A stretch of 64,000 nucleotides of DNA. Source: Dipteris shenzhenensis. Taxonomy: Eukaryota. Location of the stretch: NCBI GenBank assembly GCA_047967505.1, contig CM106538.1, one strand, 5' to 3'. A model generated the notes under the pieces. The model worked only from the letters and a program-made list of their open reading frames with translations. It ran no database searches and was not told the DNA's origin. Of the stretch, positions 1 through 12,008 are shown piece by piece; within the stretch, counting starts at the first letter, position 1, and the number at the start of each line of letters is the position of its first letter. Both the position numbers and the translations under genes were made by a program.

Positions 1-971
1 AACCTACCCTCACACACCCCTCTAGGTCACTACTGCTAACCCGCATGGTTATGCAATAACACATGGCACTCACGGTGGACTGTGCAAACCACACATGCAC
101 ATCCTCAGACTGAAGTCAGATGCCTGACATAGTGCAAAGTGTATGTGCAACAATCATTTTAGGCATAGCCTCGGCAAAGAACTAGGTGCGGTAAGTTAAA
201 CCTCACCCTACACTCCGTACACAAGAATTACAAAGCATCTCATTTCGAAAAAAAATCCCCAAAAAAATCCACTCTCTGTAGTCGCAATGCTTGTCTGAAC
301 GTCCTTTTTTTATTTCTCCTCCCTGTCCAAAAGCATCCCCGCATTCCAGACATCTTCGATGTTTCTTGTCCAAAAGCAACCACTATAGTGACGTATGCGC
401 TTAGCTGCACAATGACACTTTATTCTACAAGGCCCTTTTGTAGCCATCGCCATAGTTCTACTCTTCATCCGAACTAGAAATGTACTAAACAGGTGCAACA
501 ATGCCACCCCTCTTGCTCAGTCTCGCATCGCTACTCTCAAGCAACTCTGTCAGCAACTACGTCGTCACTCCACTCGAACCAGGATCTACAGTCGGCTCTA
601 GCTACTGCTTCCACATGAACATCTTCACCTTTCGTACCTCACTGGGCATCATTGTGGACTTTGGTAGAGACATCAATAGTGGCTCCTTCATCACCAACTC
701 GCAAACTTGGCGTTGCACGTGTTCCTGAGCTGACCAATCCAGCATCTTGTCACCATTAGCAAAGTAGAGATTTAGAGGCCACTCAAGTGTTAGTAGACCT
801 AGTTGTAGAGGTAGCACGCCTACAAGCAGAGAATATAGAGCATAAATAGTTCAAAGAATACAAAGCATAGATAGTTCAACCAAGGTTACAAAAATCGCCT
901 CCGCACTCTCAAAAGTGTTATGAGGGCTGCAAGATGGACACCCCGCCAAACGATTAAGGAGGGACCCCCTC

Positions 972-2614
972 TGTAACAACCATGCTAGGCAAGGTGGCTC
1001 GCACATCTAGATTGAAGATGTTTGGCTCTTGGTGTGCTTAAACTATTAGAGCTACATGGGCCCCCTACACCCAACATGTTTTGGAGGTTTCAACGGCCCG
1101 CATGCCCTTAATGCTAGATGAGGCAGACAATATCGGGTAGTCGCCCATCAAAAACGGACCCCCATCTCCAATCGAAGTCCTCTTTGAAGGTACCTTGGAG
1201 CCTCCTTGCCTAGTCGCCAAGCCCCTATCTCCCTCATTGGAAGTCCTACCCCCACGGCTCTGTACATGCTGACATACATATTCTACACCATCCTTGGTAA
1301 GGAGGACTTTTGGGTTACAACTTACATACAGGACTATGGAATTAGCTTCCAATATTCCCCTCCAAGCCCAAGTTTTGTGTCAACCACCAGCTTGAGTCAT
1401 TCCTCTTGAATACTTACTGACAGAACTCTCCTTTTACCACTGAGTTACACACGAATACGATAAGCAATAGGCCACTAACAAGGATGAGCGTTGGACAATT
1501 TTGCAAAATATATTCGAACTAACCCATCCCACTTCCTCCACCCTACCTGATTATTTAAAGTCTTTACTTCAACTGATAGAGAAGTTGCTCTAGTTAGCTA
1601 CAACCAAGAACATCGGTTTGTGGCACGTTTTGTCTAGGTATGTTGGTATACAATCATTGAGCTCATTGAGCCACAGGTGCACCAAAAGAGGTACAAGTAC
1701 AAGTATGCGCACCTAGGACTCACAGACCCGGATATAATCCATGTAGTGGTGCAATGGAAGGAGGAATTGCTAATCCACCCCAATGAAGTATAGTGTCAAT
1801 GCCTTGCATCCATGGCCACCAAATCCGGTACCACATCGCCTTGGTCTGCTCCATACCTATCTCTTTTATCAAGATGTCCAAGGCCCTTGCTCGCTTTGAT
1901 CTCTAGCCCCAGCACGACTGCGCTAGATCTGAAACCCCCAAGGTGGAATAGGTGGCTTCAAGATGCTTCAAGTCTCATAGATCCTCAATTTTGAAAATCG
2001 GTTACAATATGGTACCCCATGAAGTACTTGTCATCCGTCGGTTCATGGATGACGGTAAGTCAAGGGCAAATGTTTACTCCTGGTTTACGTAAGAACCAGA
2101 CTAGGCCTAGGGCAACCAGACACCCTATTTGGCCCAATGAGCAGCCAGTGGAGTTTTGGGTGACAAGGACAAGCAGCATGTGGACACTGAAGTGGTCTGA
2201 TGATAGTCAATGGTTGAGTAAGGTTCTTAGATAGGAATTTAGCAGGTCGATTGCTAGAATCACTTACCAGATGGGAAGCAATCTATAAAAGTCTTGTTGT
2301 CATCATTGAAACATGCATTTGGCTCGAAGAGTCTTGTATGAGAGGCAAGTCCAAGTGAGTCCAGAGTCTTGTTACAAGAGTGAGTGGTTTGCCTTGAGTC
2401 GAGAGGCGAGCGTTTGTGCAACCCTTAGCTATTTGTACTATTTGAGGGCCTCTTGATTAATATAAGTGCTTGCAATCAATTGTTCATTCATTTCCCATGT
2501 GTACTTGTGTTGCTTCTAATTCCACTCCTCTTCATACGAGTTTCTTCCATACAACACAGACCTTGTTAGTGCACGATGTGGTTTTGCAACCAAGCACCTG
2601 ATAGGAACATTACA
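972..2614 (+). mobile_element. possible LTR (TGTAA...TTACA)
   Basis: Starts TGTAACAAC (972), ends CATTACA (2614), giving a short terminal inverted repeat; a purine-rich tract lies shortly upstream. No TSD and no partner LTR seen. Confidence 0.3.
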
Positions 2615-2769
2615 ACCTATCACCGAGGAGTGCAAGAGGGACCATCTTCCAACTAGGCATTGTGCATGCACCACTCACCAAGCATTGGGCATTGTGTATG
2701 CTATGGTGTAAGTGGAACCAAGTGTTAATAGTCTCTCAAACTTATAACCTAATTGAACTTGAGTTTGAA

Positions 2770-3505
2770 CCACCATTTTTTCATTACTGGAAACTTTTCC
2801 ACTAAACTAATAGTATAATTTCTAAAAGAATAGTGTCGCATTTACAGAAGGAGCTGAATGGAGCGATCTTATGCATGCATTTGTTTCGGCCTTGACCATT
2901 TCCTAAATTAATTTTTGGTTGATACGTTTCTTTGATTCTAGTAAAGGAGGCAAATGAGACCTCCATTGGGTGAAGACAAAAGAAGCAAATTGGATTCTTG
3001 AATCTAGTATTGACAAAAGAAGCTTAGCATGAAATCATTCAAGGTGCAAAGGAGAATGAGGCCTACCTTACGGCATATAATTTATAAACCACCATTACCA
3101 GATTACTATAAACTTTTTCACTAATACTATAATCTCTAGAAGAATAGAGTCGCATATACAGAAGGAGCTAAATAGAGCAATCATATGCATGTGTTTGTTT
3201 CGACCTTGACCATTTCTGAATTAACTTTTAGCTGATCTGTTTCCTTGATTCCATCAAAGCAGACAAACGAGACCTCCATTGGATATAGACAAAACAAGCA
3301 AATTGGATTCCTGAATTTGACGAAAGAAGCTAGCATGAAATCATTCAGGATCCATGGGAGAATGAGGCCTACCTTGTGGCATTTAATTTATAATCTACCA
3401 TCACTGGATTACTCGAAACTTTCCCACTAAACTAATAAGAGAGTCTCTAAAAGAATAGAGTCACATTTACACAAGGAACTCAATGGAGGGATCATATGCA
3501 TGCTT
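2770..3505. repeat. diverged tandem repeat, ~315-bp unit, ~2.3 copies
   Basis: AAACTTTTCCACTAA...AGAATAG.GTC.CAT recurs at ~2791, ~3110 and ~3416; GAGACCTCCATTGG and GAGAATGAGGCCTACCTT each occur twice. Confidence 0.8.
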
Positions 3506-4157
3506 TTGCACAAAGTGGATGCCTGATGTTGAGATGATGGTCCTCTTCTTATGTTGAGATGATGGTCCTCTTCCAATGCACAAATTGGATCTCTTCTGAA
3601 TAAGCCATATCCGGTTATGAGACCATTCATATAGGAAACTCATCTAACGATGAGAGCGTGACTCCCTAAGGAAATGCTTTCTAGCCGCTGGCTGAGGAAC
3701 ATGCACAAAGCATGGGTTGAGTACTCGTGTGTACCTCGCAAAACACTTGTGAAATGACCTCCTCGTACGCAATAGTTTGGCATCAGATTGCAAAACACCA
3801 AATCATTTGGAACATTCGTGATGTAGCAGCTGGCAACGAGGTTGCCACAAGGAAACGCGATGATACAAGAAGCAAAAACGACGTGATATTCACAAACTAG
3901 AGACCTCACAGCATACCAGCTTACAGGCGAGCTCGCATTAGTCTGCAACATGAATTTATAAGCCAAAAACGACGTGAATTTACATGCGTAAAGAGAACTA
4001 AAGAGCTTGCAGCATACAGACGAGGTTACATCAATCTACATGCGCAAGGCGCTTGGAGCAATATATAACAGATGGAGTCATAACGCGCAGACTGATAGAT
4101 TTAGATCGAGCTATTTTGATCGGGAGATGGCCATTGCATCTCTTAGGCGCTGCTATA

Positions 4158-6444
4158 TCATCCCTTGACCTCATCCCTTCGTTCTTGATGCTCGGCAACG
4201 AGGGCGCGCTTGGCGAACTCATACACAAGGAAGGAGAGAGCCGTCATGGGCATGAGGCGCAGAGCGTCGACCACGAAGCCTCGGTAGAGACCCAAGAAGC
4301 CCTCGCGCTGGATAATGCCTACAAAAGCCTGGGGCATGTTTTTGTAGGCTATGGCACCACTGATACTCACAGTACCCCGCGGGAGGGCGCTCAAGCTGAT
4401 CTGCTTGCGAGCAACCTCAAGAGGATAAGTGACAGCAGTGGAGACGAAGCCAGCGGCGAGGGAGGCAGTGGCCAGGGTGTAACGGCGATACTGTGCTTGG
4501 GTGTTGAGCTTGTGCTGAAGGGTATCGTAGGTGTAGAAAGCAACGGCCGCCTGGGGAACCATGGTGATGAGGGCAGGGATGAGGCCACGGTAGAGCTCGG
4601 CGATGGAGTTTTCTCTGATGACCTTCGAAGCAGCCCCCAACAATGATGATGCGTAAGCGCTGGGCTGCAAGCAAACAGATGATCAGACAGAAACACACAA
4701 ACAACAACAATAACATTTCTGTAACCTCGTTTTGTCCCTACATCTACAAATTCCAGGTTAAGCAACACTGATCATTGTTCGTCTCTTGCATGATATCAAC
4801 CCACATAGAAGAAGCGGTTCTCAGGAACTCGAATCAGCTAATATGGTATATGGTATCTTTGAATTCGCAAATGAAGTTTAGCTTTGAGCACACAAGAAAT
4901 TTTTACCTGAAGAAGCAACCTATCCATTAACGTTTGGAGCGGGTACACCACAAGCGTCGATGTTACCCCGGCCATTGCTCCCGCAACTGTTGCTATGGGA
5001 ACCTTCCTCGACACGCCAGGCAGCCATTTCGGGTCCTCTCCCAGCTTTTGCTGTTCTTTCCTCTTTACGGCCTCGAACGTTGCGAACTAATATCGATTGA
5101 ATCGTGATTAGAAACGAAGTTCAACAATCAATGAACGAGAAGCTCGATTGAATGTAACGCGCGTTGAGCAAGAACCAAACGAACTCCGCAACGACTCGAG
5201 GCAATTGAAAAAAGATCCACAACCCAGAAAAAGCTCGTTGAATTGCTATATATAAGCTCCATAATTATTCACAAACAAAGAGCTCAATTGAACGGTTAAA
5301 TCAGAAAGTATGCTCCAAATTCATCAACATGAAGCTCGATTGAATGTAGCGAGCTGCTCAGTGCTGATCAACAACAAAAACAGAACTCCCACAACAATCA
5401 TCTGGTGATTCGCGAAGACAGAGAATGCAAACAGAAACTAATTAAGCTCCGCGATCAACAAAACGCTGCATTGAATTATTCCAATCACTGCCTAATAAAA
5501 CCCACGACGCCTGAGTGACGTCCTTACCTCTACTCCCTTCTGTAGCGACGTTGCAATGGTCTGAATCGTCAGGTTACCCTTCATCAAGCTGTTGAATCCA
5601 TCGTATGCAACCACGGTATGTAGCACCTCAGCTGCAGAACTGCCCGCCCGCCCTGCTATCACCCTCGTCCGTAGCACTTGAAACGGCGTCACCAGAAAGG
5701 AAGCAACCGTGCCTGCTATTATCCCGCACAGTACCTGCACGGTTCAAAAACGCTCCCACGTCCATTCATTCCGGATGACTGACCAACAATCACAGTAATT
5801 TGTCAAGGTTCATGCTTCCTTACGCATCCTTTTTGTTCAATCTCAACAATACGCACCCGCTTCAACACCAGACTTCTGACCACTCCAATTCCTGGCAAGT
5901 TCGCTTCCGGCACAGGGAGTCGTAATTCCTCTCCCACTTTCTCGACAGATTCCTTGACCTCCTTCAGATTAGCCTGCAGTGCAACAACAACGGATGGTTT
6001 CCAATGGCTTCCAGCGGACTGACACCTAGCAAAAAACGAGCGAGATACTTCTTTCTTTTACCCCGATCAAGAAAGACAACACTAAAACGGAACAGAAAGC
6101 AAAGCTATACGAGCTGAAAGAACCTGCTCATGACGGTCCTGTTTGAAAGGGTTCGATATACTTGCGAAGCAGAGTGTTGGCCTTTTGCATCTTCCGGCCG
6201 TGCTGCTTTTGTGTTTCGCAGCAAGACCTCTCATTTGGATCATCGATCTCCTTGCTCCGGCGTCTAGGGCCTGAAATCGGCTGCGTAAGCTCCGAGTTCC
6301 GACTTCCATCGACTGAAATAGCTGTTGCAGCAATGACTGCAAGGCACACACATCAATTGTGAATCCGCCATGATCAAACCCATGTCCGCTGGGCTGCGAT
6401 TTGGACAGACCTCCATGGAAAGCAATGGAGAGACGAGCTACCAT
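4158..6444 (-). CDS. mitochondrial carrier family (SLC25) protein, BT1/BTL-like adenine nucleotide transporter, ~443 aa
   Basis: Five exons: 6444-6124, 5973-5857, 5734-5528, 5086-4907, 4664-4158. All introns GT-AG and phase 0; spliced frame is open. Three carrier repeats (PFQVLRTR, PLQTLMDR, PLEVARKQ), YRGLIPALITMVP and EGFLGLYRG motifs, long N-terminal extension. Confidence 0.9.
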
Positions 6445-8497
6445 GGCGCTTTTAAAATGCGACAAGATTTCTCTCGCAGTTGGCAAGCTAGTGGAGCAAT
6501 GCAGCTATATTGAGAACGGGGAGAGCGTTATGATGAGTATGAGATAAGGAGAGAGACTGAATCATGTCAGTTGCTAAGAAGAAGAAGAAGTTGTTTGCAA
6601 AGAAGAAGAAGAAGAAAAGATGAAGATAAGTAAGGCAAGTGGCAAAGCATATAGCTTGCCAAATGGCCTCTCCTTGATTTTTCGCTCCATGCAACACTCT
6701 AATATTCCCTCTTCTTGCCCTGAGAACAAAGTTGGGCAGTTTTCCAAAGCGAAAAATATGCTTTTCCAGGAAATTAGTTAACCTGCATTTTCGTCAAGCG
6801 TTGATTGGTCTCGCACCATGTGATTCGTTTCTATGAACTTTGGTAGTTGGCGCAGGGCACGACACATGCTTCAGTGGGTGTCGTAACTGGGAATACCCAA
6901 TGTAACACCCTGTGTAGCCAATGCTTCCAATTACATTGAGCGTTGCATGAGGTATAAAGTCACGTCGCCGATGGTGCACGAAGCAACCAAGCGTGATCGC
7001 AATTGAGGTTGCTTTTGCTTTCAAATGGATACATCAAGCTGTTTCCAAAGATGGCTTCTTTTGCTGCTGCAAAAATTCAAGACGTTGCCGCCCCTACTGA
7101 GTCCATGGACACGAGGAGTGGGAACTTCGCGAGAGGTGGCTTTCAGCATGAATTCTAGGAGCTTGGCTTTCGAAGTTTTTGTTTCAGACTTCCTTTTTGA
7201 CTTTCTTGTTTCAAAGTCGGATACATCAAGCTCTTTGTAAAGACGAGTAGCATGACCTGTCTACGACAGGTTAGAGACCCGCTTTGCTGGGTCTAAAGGT
7301 GGGATCTTAAAAACATATTTAATGCTTGATTCTATGCTCAGTTTCCTCAATCATTCAACTAGATGTATTCACACAAAAAATCCTCCCTCTCTCTCTCTCT
7401 CTCTTCCTTTGACTGTCTCCCTCATGCACACACACACACACATATTACATGTACGTAAATAGATATACACACAAATACACACGCACATGCGCACACACAC
7501 CCAAAACTCACAGGCCTCTCTCTCTCTCTCTCGTCTGCGTCGTAGGGACAAAATTTGACAAGGATATCTATGTCATTAGGCCTTTTTTGTGTCAATTACA
7601 CATTGATTTAGAATTTCTTTGTCAAATGACAATGCAAAATAGCTTTTGTCATTTTCACATGAAAAACTTCAATCTATTTTAATTGTCAAATGAAAAACTG
7701 GTTTTTAAAAAAAAAATTCATATGTTTAGATGAAATCCGGATTCAGAATCCAGATCTTAGGGAATCCAAAGAGCAATAATGATTTTAGGTGGTGGCTCGA
7801 AGGAAGGATACACGATTAGTAATAAGGCGCTTGAATATGGCGCATAACGAAGATCTTACTTTGTTAAATGGCCGTTATGGTGATTGTGTTGCAACTTGCA
7901 AGTTGCAACTTGCAAGTCTTGGTTACGGGTAAGTTGTAACTGATCTCTGAACTGAATCTAGGCCGATCTCTTCATCTACTTCTGAATTTAATGATTTTGC
8001 GCTTGATAAGTGGGGGGATTTGTGTCTACGCCGCCTCTGGTCACTGGTGTGATGGGTTTATTAATGGAGGTTTAATGTTGCGCTAATCACTCGTCCAAAT
8101 CGGAGTCCGGAGTCCGGACCTGTAGAGACGAGCGCCACTTTTCCTCCACAACAATCCTTGGTTTTGTTCACGAACGAGAGGAATCGAGAATCTGGCTGGC
8201 ATTTTTCCTCCAAAGGGTTGTTCATGAATGAGAAGCATCGGCGATTCGGCTGCGCAATCTACTTGCTTTGGCTCTTTTCCTCCAATGGTTGTATGAATGA
8301 GCTGAAGCATCGGCAGCTGTTTGCGTTCGTTGTCAAAGGGGACTCGGCGATTTTGGTGGGCAGTGGGCACTGGAGTCTGGGACTTGGGAGTCGGAAGTTC
8401 TGTCGTGGTGTTTTGCCTGCTGCTACAAGTTCCTTCCCCTCGCTGATCCCGCTTGCTTCCAAGGAAGATGAAGCTGTTGTGCATCGCATCCGTCGCT

Positions 8498-9093
8498 TGC
8501 CCTCCTTGTGGCAACCTCTCCGTCCCTTAACCCCCTCAGCACCTCCCCCTCCTGTGGTCACCCCCTCTTCCCCATCACTTGCTCCCCCCATCACCCCCGA
8601 GTCCCTCCTCGTCTCTGCTCTCTCTGGCTCCTACCCCATCCGCAGCTTCGACGGCCGACCCTCCCCCTCTCTCCTTCATCGTCTCCACTGGCTCCTTCTT
8701 GGGTAACTCGTGAGTCGTGAGTCGTGACTCGTGACTCCCTCTATGGGAACTTCTCCTTGAACCTCTCCAGACCTTTCTTCGTCTCCCCTAATAATTCTAT
8801 CATGTATGTTAATGCCTCCAATCTGCTGCGTCGCTCCCTCGTCCAGTGCTCTCCCCTTAGCCCTTGCGCTCAGGCCCTCACTGTTCTCCCGCAGGAGAGC
8901 TGCAAGAAGCTGCTGTGTTGCTCTCACCAACAGACCTATCGTCTTCAGCGTGGTGAACTTGCTGAGCGGGACCCCAGCATCCACCTGGAACTATGGTCTT
9001 CAGCTAGGATGGAACATACCGTCGGAACCTCCGTGCTCCACTCAGTCTGATTGCGGTAATAATTCGACCTGCTCCGTTAGCTCGAATGGAGCC
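8498..9093 (+). pseudogene. captured wall-associated kinase-like (WAKL15/20-type) ectodomain fragment
   Basis: Frameshifted translation CPPCGNLSVP(Y)PLSTSPSCGHP..TC; FFVSPNNSIMY; CSPLSPC; LLCC; WNYGLQLGWNIPSEPPCSTQSDC. Cysteine pattern matches WAKL20-type ectodomains as I recall them. Confidence 0.75.
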
Positions 9094-9310
9094 AGCAAGC
9101 CTCCAACCGCCATAGCCATCCTGGTCTGCAGGAGCGAGAAGGTAACGCAGGGGTTACGTGACTCCTCTCCTGCATCTTTTTCCGTTAATCCGCCTCTCTT
9201 TCTTCCTACAGTCTACTCCTCCTCCCTTTGTAGTAGAAGCTCAGCTAGCTGCCCATCTCCATCTGCTTTTCTAGATGTTTAGTCAGTCGAATGATGAATC
9301 TTGGATGCAG

Positions 9311-9377
9311 AAACGGTATGGATGTCGAGCGATAATGTTGACTCTGGAGACAGTAGCTGCAGTCCCTGGAATGGTGG
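9311..9377 (+). pseudogene. AOX: captured alternative oxidase exon fragment
   Basis: After an acceptor (TGCAG|) it reads KRYGCRAIMLTLETVAAVPGMV, matching the AOX signature RYGCRAMMLETVAAVPGMV. Confidence 0.85.
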
Positions 9378-9396
9378 ACCATGGGACTCGGGATGC

Positions 9397-9452
9397 CTAC
9401 ATCACCGTAATCTTGTTACACTCAGGGGCTTCTGCATCACTAAAACTGAAAG
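9397..9452 (+). pseudogene. captured receptor-like kinase subdomain III-IV fragment
   Basis: LHHRNLVTLRGFCITKTER followed by a GT donor at 9453; typical RLK H.NLV.L.G.C motif. Confidence 0.7.
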
Positions 9453-9704
9453 GTACACGCAGATTCCCCTTGAATGCCTTGAAAGATTGTCGTCGCCCTC
9501 GTCCAAGAAAATTCCCTGTATAGTTGGGCTCAGGGATGCTGTGAATTTGGAAACCGGAGTGATTTCTTTTGCATGATTACCGGAGTGATTTCTTTTGCTT
9601 CTTAATGCAATTACTTGTTTCTCTTTTGTGGAGTCGCAACAGTGTGTTTTGATGCAGTTTTATATTTTTCTCTGTAGGTGTTGGTTGCTTTCGAATTTAT
9701 TGTT

Positions 9705-12008
9705 ATGGAAGGTTCAAGCAGTGCTAGAACTGTTAATAAGAAAGGAAAGGGGCGTGATTTATTATCTTTTTTCAATAAAGTAGGTGATGAGACCCATGGT
9801 GAGCAGTCGCAAAAACATAGGGAGTTGTATGCAGATTTGTTTGGAGATGAGGACCATGATGACAGTATGGATGGGATGCAAGAATTTGAGGGACACAATG
9901 ATGTAACACAACAGAGAGAGGGGATGATAGTTAGGAGGTATCGAAGTCAATGGCGCTTGCAATACCCTTGGGCATACAAGGTGCAAGTAGGGGAGAAGGT
10001 ATTAGTGAAGTGTGAATATTGTACAAAGTTTACAAAAGAAAATGTGTATGCTAAGGAAGGAGCACAATCACTGCAGTTAAGTGCATTAAAGGCACATTCT
10101 AAATCAGAGCAACATCAAAATGCAAAGATACGCTTTCGAGATTGGAAAGATCGAGAAAGAAGTCCAATAAGGGAACGATTTGATGCATTGCATGATAAAG
10201 CAAGGGAGCAAATTATATGTCTCATGAAGTGTGTTTATTTCTGCTCTTGTTTCAATATTCCATTGGAGAAGTATCCACATCTAGTCCAGTTTAATCGTTA
10301 CATGGAAATGCCAAATATTTCATTAATGGATGAATATGCTTCTTATGTAAATCCAGTCTCAGCTAGAGAATTTCTGATGGCACTTCGGAATTACTTTCGA
10401 GAACTATTAAGTGCAGAAATGCTGTCTAGTTCTTTCTTTTCTGTCATGGTTGATGAAAGTACAGATTGCACATTAGAGAAGCACTTGATCATTTATATCA
10501 CATATTTAAAGGAGAATAAGCAGGTCACAAAGTTTACACGCTTGGTGTTTCTGTCCGATGGTGATGTTGAATCTATATTTCAAGCAATGATGAAGTTCTT
10601 GGAGGAAGTGAAGCTTGACATAAAGAGAATGGTTTTTATTGCTACTGATGGTGCTAGTGTGATGACAGGATCGAATTTAGGAGTTGTTACACGCTTTCAA
10701 AGTATTCTTCCTAGGCTATTGGCCACACGTTGTATAGCTCATCGGGAAGCTTTAGCTATAAAGGATGCAAGCAAATGCTTTTGGCAAATGGATGTGGTTG
10801 ATAAGCTGGCTGCAAGTGTTTACACATGGTTAGGCAAGTCAACTAAGCGTCACAATGAATTCAAAGAGTTGTTGGATGCCTTTGAGATTGTTGAGTTAAA
10901 AGCACTTCGATACCATGATGTTAGATGGTTATCTAGAGGTCAAGTGATGAAGAGGCTTGTTGAGCTTATGCCTGCAATTCTGGAAATTTGGAAAGTTTAG
11001 AATTTAAAAGGCTATCAGACAGCCACTATATTCCAAGTGCAATTTCTTATTAACCTTCTTGCAGATGTGCTGGAATTATTGAACATCCTGAGTAAGAACC
11101 TTCAACATGAAGTAGTTGATCTTACAGAAATAGGACGCAAGCTGGACAACACCATTAATACTTTGAAGAAGATGTTTTTACGCCATAACAAGCCTTTTGG
11201 AAAGGGGAGTACATATGTAGCTCCTTTTTTGAAAATGGCAATTACAGGTGGTTTGAAATATACAAAAAATGATGCAATCAGAATTTTTAATTTAAGGTTT
11301 GTTCCAATCCCTAGAAAGCAAGAGAATGCCTCAACCTCTACTCAAGGAGAGCAGCAGCAAGAAGATGGTATCCTATTGCAGCATAGTGTGCCTTCTCAAC
11401 ATGATGATAATAATACGGGAAGCATAGATGATAGTATATTGTTGGGGAGAACATTTGTACAGGCTGTAATTGATGCATTGAATAGCAGATTTACAGATTT
11501 GGGTACTTTTAATGCTGTTAAGTTCTTTGAGCCCAGAAGTTATCTAGAGGATGTGGATGATAGAGAATCAAAGACTCAAGAATGGCTTGGAAAGCTACTT
11601 GAAAAATTCTGCAGCGGTTACCACCCAGTTGCAAAGAAAGAGTTGTGCCTTAGTGAGCGAGAGGACTTTGTGGAGCAGCTATATGCAGCAGGGTCTGATA
11701 AACGGATGCCAAAAGCATGGGAATTTTGTGTGTCCAGTGGGGGGGATGAATGGTTTTTGCAGTTTCCAGAGTTGATGCGACTATGGCAAGCCATATGGGT
11801 TATTCCAGCAAGTACAGCAGAGTGTGAAAGAGGCTTTTCAAGACAAAATAAAATCAAAACTATAGATAGAAGTAATCTAGTGTTGGAAACATTAGATGCT
11901 CATATGATGCTTGTTTCAAACCAAGTCGATCCTTCCAATGTATCTTGGTCTAGAGTTTTGGATATATGGGAAAATGAGCAAGGAAAGAGTAGAAAAATAA
12001 AGATGTGA
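9705..12008 (+). pseudogene. hAT (ZNF862-like) transposase with a single in-frame TAG at 10998-11000
   Basis: N-terminal CxxC...H..H zinc finger; VDESTD, ATDGASVM, CIAHREAL, VRWLS, PASTAECERGFS motifs; ORFs 9678-11000 and 11037-12008 are in the same frame; acceptor at 9677. Confidence 0.92.

Noticed and set aside
4053-4768. 197-aa plus-strand and other ORFs over carrier exon 5
   Set aside because: Antisense or frame shadows of the real exon.
10998-11000. Programmed readthrough of the hAT TAG
   Set aside because: No supporting context; a single nonsense mutation is the simpler explanation.
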